10,863 bases of DNA from contig CAYRPF010000090.1 of NCBI GenBank assembly GCA_964426185.1, forward strand, positions 1-10,863. The letters are read 5' to 3'. Under the pieces are notes generated by a model. It had not been told where the DNA came from. It saw only the letters and a program-made list of their open reading frames with translations, and did no database searches. Positions 1 to 6,515 of the stretch are shown in pieces. The DNA is from an uncultured archaeon (GTDB lineage Archaea; Asgardarchaeota; Lokiarchaeia; Sigyniarchaeales; Promethearchaeaceae). The translations under genes and the position numbers were made by a program. Positions within the stretch are counted from its first letter, which is position 1. Every line of letters starts with the position of its first letter.

Positions 1-48
1 TAGATGCATAAAAGCGGGAATTTTTCAAACCTCTGGAGCATTATTAAC

Positions 49-3000
49 CTATTGTTTCACTTGAGATAATTGTTCCCTGCCACGACGAATCCACAAAAAG
101 ATGAAAAGTATGATAATTGCTGCTATAGGAATGGCAATAAATATTAAATTGGATGATAATCGAATGAGATACCATAATATAGTGAGAAAAGAAGCAAATC
201 CGGTTAAAATTGGCCCTAAAATTCCAAAAATATTGCGCAATCTTTGAATTTTTAAGTATGTTTTCACATTGGTTTTCTTAATAATTTCCAATCTTGCAAC
301 TGACTTTTCATCAAAATCTGCCTTTCCTTCAAAGTAAACATCGTGTTCTAAATCGATCTTTCCAGGTAACATTCCTTCACTGATTAAAGCCATTAAATAA
401 TGTTGGATTTGATTATGGTTTAAAATAAGATTTTCTGAAAGTAATTTCAATGGAACGAAAGTTTCTTTAAACGATTTTATAGAAAAGGTGGTGAAGCTAT
501 ATAATAATTCCTTTGCATAAACTTTATATAATCCATCAATCATCGATTCTTCAAATTGCTTCTGAAAATTGAGCCATTCTTCTAAGATATAGGAAGAATA
601 TTGAATTCCATAAGCCTTTGAAATGTTCTTATATTCCTTATTTGCATTTCTTATTTCTTTTTCTGCCTTTTTTAGAAGTTTTTGCAGTTCTTTAGCGCGT
701 GAATTTAATTTTTTAGCCGCTGAGATAAATTCATGGCTTCTAATTTTGTTTTTAATATCAATATCCATTTTTCTTTGAGTTTTGTTAACATAATTTTGTT
801 TTTCAATAATTATACAATCCATTTTATCCCTTAATGCAATAGTTTCATTCGCTTTGAGTTCATTTTCATAATTTTGAAAGATCGCTTGGAATCCTTGTAA
901 AATTTCAGAAATGTTTTTTTGGAAATTATCTTCAATATCTAAAATTATTTCTTCATGAATTTCTTCAGAATTGATGATTTCGCTCTGGAATAAGTTTGCT
1001 TGATTGGTAGCTTTTTCAAATTCTTTTTTAATTAAATTCCATTGAGATTTTAAATATTTACCATGAGTTTCTTGAGTAATTTTCTTTGTTTTACGAAATT
1101 CTGATTCGATATTATTGATTATTGAATTTCCATTATCTTCTAAATCTGCAATCAAGATTTTCAATCTTTGGTGATAAATTTTAGCTTGCTCAATTACAAG
1201 TTGAAAATTATCGATTTGATCTTTAATTTTACTTACTTCCTCGTAAAATTGGTGATATTCTTGATTAACCAAGTTGTTTTTTGTATCAATCTTCTCAGAT
1301 TTCAAAAAATCTTCAAAAATATCAACCTTTTCTGCTACTATTTCGTTAAATTCATTGATCAAATTATTCAATTGATCTGATTTTTCTAAAAATTCATGGT
1401 GGATGATTGCTGAATTAAAGAAATTGCTGCACATATTGGCTTTAGATTGAATTTCTCGAAGAATCAATCCACTTTTTTGCTTTATTTTTTGATAATTACG
1501 CCAATTATTATTATGAATTTCAACTTTGGGAGATTTTCCAAAAACTCGTGCATTGATTAAGTTTTGAGAAATTAATTGTGTTATAATAGATTCCATTTTA
1601 CCAGGAGGAATATTTAAAAATTGTGCTAAATCCCTAACTTCAAAGATGTTTTGGTTCTTTTTTTCAGCCACTTTAAGAATTTGAGCAATATATTGTTTTT
1701 GTTCATAGTGTTGTTTTATATCTTGAATTTCCTGTTTAAAGGATTTTTCATAATTCTCAAAATTTTGTAAAACAGAAGAGTAATTCAATTCCGCTTTCAA
1801 TTTTTTCAGCCGATCTATTTCTTGTTGAATCTTGGATTTAGCTTTTTTTAAAGAATTTCGAAGCTTTTCCATTTCTTGAGAATAATTGAATGAAGTGCGA
1901 TCTTTTTCATGTTTAATTAAAGAAGAAAATTTTTGTTTGAATTGGACAAGTTTCTGATTTAAAATTGTGATTTGAGATTCAACCATTAATTGAAAAGCTT
2001 CTGTTAGATAGGTTCTTTGATCTACTGTGATCGAATTTTGAAATGTGCGTTTCTTTTCTTGAATTAAGCTTTCCAACGAATATTGCAGTGAATTCCACTC
2101 TATAAAAAGTGTCTGGTATAATGAATTCAATTTTCTTGCCAGTTTTCGCTTATTATTAATTTCTTTTTCAAAAATCTGAGAGTATTTATTAATTTCTTCT
2201 AAAATTTTTGTAAAAATATGCCGATTCATTTCGAAAGCAGCCGAAAAATCTTTTTGGGTGATTTTTTCATTTATCTCTTGTTCAATTTTTTGGATTTTCT
2301 GTGTAAAACTCCGATGCAGGGCGTCGTATTTTGAAAGCGATTGTTTCCAGAAGTTAAATCCGGTTTGATAGAAATCGATTAACTGAGAAATATTATCCTT
2401 GTGAGAAATCCATTTATTGATCAGTTTTTTTCGATTTTTTGAGATGATAGGTTTCTTACTGGTAATTCGAAGCGACTGAGTTTTGATCTTTTTATCGCAC
2501 AATTTAAGATGTTCTGCGGTTAAGTTCAGTTGTTTGGTAAGCTCATCAATTAAGTTTCTATGATAATCCTGTTCAAATGTTTGTTGAAATTTCTCTTCAA
2601 AATTTACTGCAAAATCTGTAATTTGATTGATTGCTATATATATCTCTTGTTCTAAGATTGAAAGCAATTTCCGTTGTTCAATTTCGTCTTTCAATGCTTT
2701 CAATTTAATATTTAAGATTTTCCGTATATTGATAAAATCTGATTGAAGATTTTGGTAAAGTTCATTCCATTCTTGAATTTTATCTTGCAAAAAATATTGA
2801 GGATTTAGGTAAATTAGCTCGTTGGAGAAACTTTCAATGGCTTTCTGAAAAAAAGTTGCTTGAATTAATGTATTTTTAATCAAAAATCTTTTGTGTTCTT
2901 CAATTTTTTTTGGCTCCATCCCAACAATAATCATGGATTCAATATCAGCTAATATTCGTTTCTTTGCACTTCTAATTTCATTTATCATATTAAAGATATC

Positions 3001-4482
3001 AAGCAAAATTTCATCCAAACGTCTTTTTTCTCGCTGTATTTCTTGCCAATTTAGTTGTCGATCACAAACAATGATTTTTTCAATGAAATTTTCTCTGTTA
3101 TAAAAATAGGTTTGATTAAAGAGAAATCGGCGGCGTACTTGAAGATGACCAGTAAAGAAATATTCTTCTTGCATTTGTTTTACTAATTTGATGATAAAAT
3201 CTGGTTTTATACGATTGCTCCGTGATTTATTTCTATTATAACTTCTAACAAAATTCTTAATATCGAATTGGAGGGAATTACGGATTTCTTCACGAATTTG
3301 TATTGCAATTTTTTCTTGAAAGGGATTCAATTGATTCAGAAATCGTCGAAAAACTAGATCATTATCTAGGATTTCTAACTTAAATTGAAATTTTCGATTT
3401 AATAAAGAGATAATTTCTTGTTCTGCACCAGAAAAACCTCCTTCATGAGAAAGAATTTCAATATTTAACTTTCCACGTTTTGAAATATTTGAAAAGAGGA
3501 GCTTCTCCACGTCTTTCATCAGAGAATTAAAAATAATACTATAAAGCACAATCATTTGGCAAATTGGGATTAAATTAATGGGATCGTTAAGATAGGTTGG
3601 ATCATTTTGAATATGTCTGTATTCCTTTCGTAAAAATTTCAAAATATATGAATAAATAGGTCCAGGACGATAGGGTAGATACCAATTATACGCTTCTAAT
3701 GTAAAGGTGATCCAAAAAGAATCAGTTGGATTGGCTAAGGCCGAATTTTTTAAATTAAATCCCCCAGTAGGCTTCTGAAATTGATGTAAAAATAAAAAAT
3801 CACTTTCTTTTAAGGGTTCTTGAAGATTAAATAAACGAAATAAAAGAAGATGGAATATTCCTGAGATATTTTTCATATGTCGAATTGTTGAAGATTTAAA
3901 TGAAGACATTATTTGATTTTGAATGGCTCGAAGAGTGTTTCCTAGAAGTAAATTTAACACGGTGATGGTATATAAAATTTCTGAGTCTGGATGGCGTGAA
4001 TTGGTCTTTAAATGAAAAGAAATATTCATTAAATAATTTTCTATGTATTTTTTTCGATTTCCGTTAAGAGTCGCAAGATATTCAGGAAGCTTTCCCAAAA
4101 AATAGAAGATACTTAGGATATAATTGGTTGTAAATAAATTCGTTTCTTTGAGAGATATATCCCTTTTTCTTTTCTTCAAGTAATTTTGATATATTTCTGG
4201 GGTGACAAAAGCAGATTGATTATCAATTGTGATTTCAAATTTCAGTAATTCATGATAAAATGCTTCGTAATCTGTGGGATTGAATCTTTTTAAGGATTTC
4301 AAAGCTAAAATCTCCCAAAAAACTTCCTTAATAGCATTAGAAGAGATAGGAAAATCTGGATGAGGAAAAAAATGATGGGTAAACGAAGGATAGAAAATTT
4401 GAGGGGCTGAATCAGTAAATGTAAAAGGTTTCCACTGAGGAAATTTAAATTCCGCCATGAAAAAGTCAGTTCCAACGGGCAT
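49..4482 (-). CDS. Giant (1477 aa) C-terminally membrane-anchored helical-repeat protein: prenyltransferase-beta-like N-terminal domain, winged-helix/PCI domains, ~110-aa helical repeats, two C-terminal TM helices
   Basis: Long uninterrupted ORF. aa 235-262 FQKPTGGFNLKNSALANPTDSFWITFTL resembles a prenyltransferase-beta repeat. aa 945-990 (FEVRDLAQFLNIPPGKMESIITQLISQNLINARV) and aa 1340-1384 (VPLKLLSENLILNHNQIQHYLMALISEGMLPGKIDLEHDVYF) fit the PCI winged-helix pattern. Helical K/E/Q-rich rod at aa ~480-930 and ~995-1325. Hydrophobic helices at aa 1418-1440 and 1446-1465 followed by a basic RRGR tail. The ORF is secure; domain calls are by eye. Confidence 0.85.
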   Translation of the reverse strand: MPVGTDFFMAEFKFPQWKPFTFTDSAPQIFYPSFTHHFFPHPDFPISSNAIKEVFWEILALKSLKRFNPTDYEAFYHELLKFEITIDNQSAFVTPEIYQNYLKKRKRDISLKETNLFTTNYILSIFYFLGKLPEYLATLNGNRKKYIENYLMNISFHLKTNSRHPDSEILYTITVLNLLLGNTLRAIQNQIMSSFKSSTIRHMKNISGIFHLLLFRLFNLQEPLKESDFLFLHQFQKPTGGFNLKNSALANPTDSFWITFTLEAYNWYLPYRPGPIYSYILKFLRKEYRHIQNDPTYLNDPINLIPICQMIVLYSIIFNSLMKDVEKLLFSNISKRGKLNIEILSHEGGFSGAEQEIISLLNRKFQFKLEILDNDLVFRRFLNQLNPFQEKIAIQIREEIRNSLQFDIKNFVRSYNRNKSRSNRIKPDFIIKLVKQMQEEYFFTGHLQVRRRFLFNQTYFYNRENFIEKIIVCDRQLNWQEIQREKRRLDEILLDIFNMINEIRSAKKRILADIESMIIVGMEPKKIEEHKRFLIKNTLIQATFFQKAIESFSNELIYLNPQYFLQDKIQEWNELYQNLQSDFINIRKILNIKLKALKDEIEQRKLLSILEQEIYIAINQITDFAVNFEEKFQQTFEQDYHRNLIDELTKQLNLTAEHLKLCDKKIKTQSLRITSKKPIISKNRKKLINKWISHKDNISQLIDFYQTGFNFWKQSLSKYDALHRSFTQKIQKIEQEINEKITQKDFSAAFEMNRHIFTKILEEINKYSQIFEKEINNKRKLARKLNSLYQTLFIEWNSLQYSLESLIQEKKRTFQNSITVDQRTYLTEAFQLMVESQITILNQKLVQFKQKFSSLIKHEKDRTSFNYSQEMEKLRNSLKKAKSKIQQEIDRLKKLKAELNYSSVLQNFENYEKSFKQEIQDIKQHYEQKQYIAQILKVAEKKNQNIFEVRDLAQFLNIPPGKMESIITQLISQNLINARVFGKSPKVEIHNNNWRNYQKIKQKSGLILREIQSKANMCSNFFNSAIIHHEFLEKSDQLNNLINEFNEIVAEKVDIFEDFLKSEKIDTKNNLVNQEYHQFYEEVSKIKDQIDNFQLVIEQAKIYHQRLKILIADLEDNGNSIINNIESEFRKTKKITQETHGKYLKSQWNLIKKEFEKATNQANLFQSEIINSEEIHEEIILDIEDNFQKNISEILQGFQAIFQNYENELKANETIALRDKMDCIIIEKQNYVNKTQRKMDIDIKNKIRSHEFISAAKKLNSRAKELQKLLKKAEKEIRNANKEYKNISKAYGIQYSSYILEEWLNFQKQFEESMIDGLYKVYAKELLYSFTTFSIKSFKETFVPLKLLSENLILNHNQIQHYLMALISEGMLPGKIDLEHDVYFEGKADFDEKSVARLEIIKKTNVKTYLKIQRLRNIFGILGPILTGFASFLTILWYLIRLSSNLIFIAIPIAAIIILFIFLWIRRGREQLSQVKQ

Positions 4483-4641
4483 TTTAGGGATTTTTGCTGG
4501 TGTTTTTGTTTTGTTGCGATCTCTTGAAATAGTTAAACAACCCCTTTTCTAAACTTCTAGAAAATTTCAAAATCGATTAATAGATATTAACTTGTTCTTA
4601 TTTCGAACCTAATAATTTATAGATATGGCACTCAGTTCGTA

Positions 4642-5082
4642 TTATACTTCTTTAAAATTATTTTCAAAAAAAAGGGCCAAAGAACGAATTAGATCTTTGG
4701 TTACTACAATTCCAACAACATTATCCATATCATCCACAATTGGAACACGCTCTATGTTATTATTATGCATTTTTTTAATAATTTCGGGAAGTTTTTCGTT
4801 TAAAGTTCCTTTTACGGGATTTTTAGAATAAATATCATCTACATGAAATATTTCGGTCCCGATGAGTGTTTTGGACAATTGAATATCCCTCTGAGTAATA
4901 ATTCCGATCAATTTTTGAGTTTTAGGGGCGACTACTGGGAGTCCACCAATATTTTTTTTAATCATCATAATCTCGGCAGTGGAGAGCTTTTCCATCGGAC
5001 TTACTACTGCAACATCCTTACTCATAATATCTTGGGCTGTGATTTTCGATAAATCGCCACATGAACAATCTGAGATATTCAT
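4642..5082 (-). CDS. Stand-alone CBS-pair (Bateman domain) protein, ~146 aa
   Basis: Two CBS motifs: AQDIMSKDVAVVSP...NIGGLPVV...LIGIITQRDI and VDDIYSKNPV...NIERVPIVDDMDNVVGIVVTKDLI. Start moved from the ORF-track 5199 to the in-frame ATG at 5082 (MNISDCSCG...), which removes the overlap with the divergent gene starting at 5138. Confidence 0.9.
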   Translation of the reverse strand: MNISDCSCGDLSKITAQDIMSKDVAVVSPMEKLSTAEIMMIKKNIGGLPVVAPKTQKLIGIITQRDIQLSKTLIGTEIFHVDDIYSKNPVKGTLNEKLPEIIKKMHNNNIERVPIVDDMDNVVGIVVTKDLIRSLALFFENNFKEV

Positions 5083-5137
5083 ATATGTTACATAAATGAT
5101 TTTAGGCTTAAGAAATTTGTACTTATGATTATATTTC
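5083..5137. promoter_or_regulatory. Compact bidirectional promoter region with central TATA-like CTTAAG(AAA) element
   Basis: 55-bp gap between divergent ATGs at 5082 and 5138. The palindromic CTTAAG (5107-5112) is centred about 28 bp from each ATG, the spacing expected for archaeal leaderless transcripts. Confidence 0.45.
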
Positions 5138-6496
5138 ATGGAAAAATTTCGAGATAATGGCGAAAAATCACAATCAATAAATTCTAATAGAGTTGACACA
5201 AGAAAATCAAGTTTTATTGACGCAGATGTAGTAGAATATCTTCGATTAACATTTAAAAATGAAGCAGAAATCTATAAACTTGTAAATAATTTAATTAAAT
5301 CCCCCTCAAATTATTATATTCGAGTAAATTTGACTCTAACTTCTGTTGAAGATATAATTTTACAGTTAAAGGATAAATTTCCTTCTTATATTTTTACACC
5401 ATCGCCAATAGAAAACATGATTTCAATTAAAATTCCAGCAAATTCGCATTTGATTCTACATCATCCAATAATATATTGTGACAAATTTGCTGCAGAAGCT
5501 GTTCGAATGGGGGCAAATCTCTATATTCCAGGAGTAACTGAGATAGAAGGCTCATTTCCTGCAAAAACATCCGTTTCTGTTGTCATGGATCCTAAAAAAG
5601 TCCCTGAATCATTTCCTTTTAATTTATCTCATTTTCATGTGGCTAATGGAATTGCTCAGATAGCATCTAAGGAATTTCCAAAGAAGCTAAATGGGATAAT
5701 GGTCGAAACCATAGAATCACGAAATAAATTACCTCCTTATAGACAAAATTCATTATATTCTGATGGATTTATATCAGATCAGCACCTTTATGCAAATTTA
5801 GCCACTAAAATTTTCACAGAGTACATAGTGAAATTTTATCTTCAAGAAAAACATGATCCAATTATTTTTGATACTTGTTCTGCTCCTGGTCATAAAACAA
5901 GTGCAATGGCAGAGTGGGGATATCACTTAACTAAAAAAAAGACTGGTTCAGGCCATTGGTTCCCTATAAAATCCATTGATCGATCTAAAAACAGGTTACT
6001 TCATTTAGAACATGACATTTCCCGCTTAAAATTAGAAAATATTGAAATATATATCTGTAAATTGGAGAAGATCGAGAAAAAATACCCCAATTTCATAGGA
6101 ACGGGTGATTTTATTTTTTTCGATCCTCCTTGTAGTGCTTTAGGACCTCGACCTAAATTATATATATCAAAAAACAAAACAGAATTAGAAGATTTTGCCA
6201 GAAACCAGCGACGATTGTTAAAATTGGTGGATAAGCTTATTCATCCCGGGGGATATCTTATGTATAATACATGCACATTTGCTATTCAAGAAAATGAAAA
6301 TATTGTAGCTTATGCATTAACCAAATTAAATTATCGTCTAATTGATATATCATCCTTCTATCCCCAACTAGGAAATCCTGGATTAATTTATCAAGGAATT
6401 TCTCCTCAAAAAAATCATTACATGCGGAGATTTTATCCTTCTGATGAAGATGGTCAAGGATATTTCATTGCATTGTTACAGAAAAACGAAACTTAG
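5138..6496 (+). CDS. PUA-domain RsmB/NOP2-family RNA (cytosine-C5) methyltransferase, NSUN6-like (probable tRNA C72 m5C methyltransferase)
   Basis: YIRVN N1 motif; PUA segment DKFAAEAVRMGANLYIPGV; SAM motif I DTCSAPGHKT; motif IV FDPPCSALGPRP (the GxRP ending is typical of NSUN6-type enzymes); motif VI YNTCTFAIQENE with catalytic Cys; C-terminal RRFYP...GYFIALL. Confidence 0.9.
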   Translation: MEKFRDNGEKSQSINSNRVDTRKSSFIDADVVEYLRLTFKNEAEIYKLVNNLIKSPSNYYIRVNLTLTSVEDIILQLKDKFPSYIFTPSPIENMISIKIPANSHLILHHPIIYCDKFAAEAVRMGANLYIPGVTEIEGSFPAKTSVSVVMDPKKVPESFPFNLSHFHVANGIAQIASKEFPKKLNGIMVETIESRNKLPPYRQNSLYSDGFISDQHLYANLATKIFTEYIVKFYLQEKHDPIIFDTCSAPGHKTSAMAEWGYHLTKKKTGSGHWFPIKSIDRSKNRLLHLEHDISRLKLENIEIYICKLEKIEKKYPNFIGTGDFIFFDPPCSALGPRPKLYISKNKTELEDFARNQRRLLKLVDKLIHPGGYLMYNTCTFAIQENENIVAYALTKLNYRLIDISSFYPQLGNPGLIYQGISPQKNHYMRRFYPSDEDGQGYFIALLQKNET

Positions 6497-6515
6497 GAAA
6501 GAAGCGAAATATTAC

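Noticed and set aside
1168-3103. Antisense ORFs 1168-1380 and 2891-3103
   Set aside because: Short shadow ORFs inside the giant gene; their F/I/L/S-rich composition mirrors the K/E/N codons of the real strand.
49-4482. SMC/Rad50, dynamin-like GTPase or chemoreceptor identity for the giant protein
   Set aside because: No Walker A/B, ABC signature, GTPase G-motifs or MCP hairpin signature is visible, and the TM helices are C-terminal.
4625-5052. ORFs 4625-4831 and 4843-5052 (+)
   Set aside because: Antisense to the well-supported CBS gene; no motifs.
5083-5199. N-terminal 39 aa of the CBS ORF and its head-to-head overlap with the methyltransferase gene
   Set aside because: The extension is not CBS-like and overlaps the divergent gene; ATG 5082 gives a normal CBS-pair size and a sensible promoter gap.
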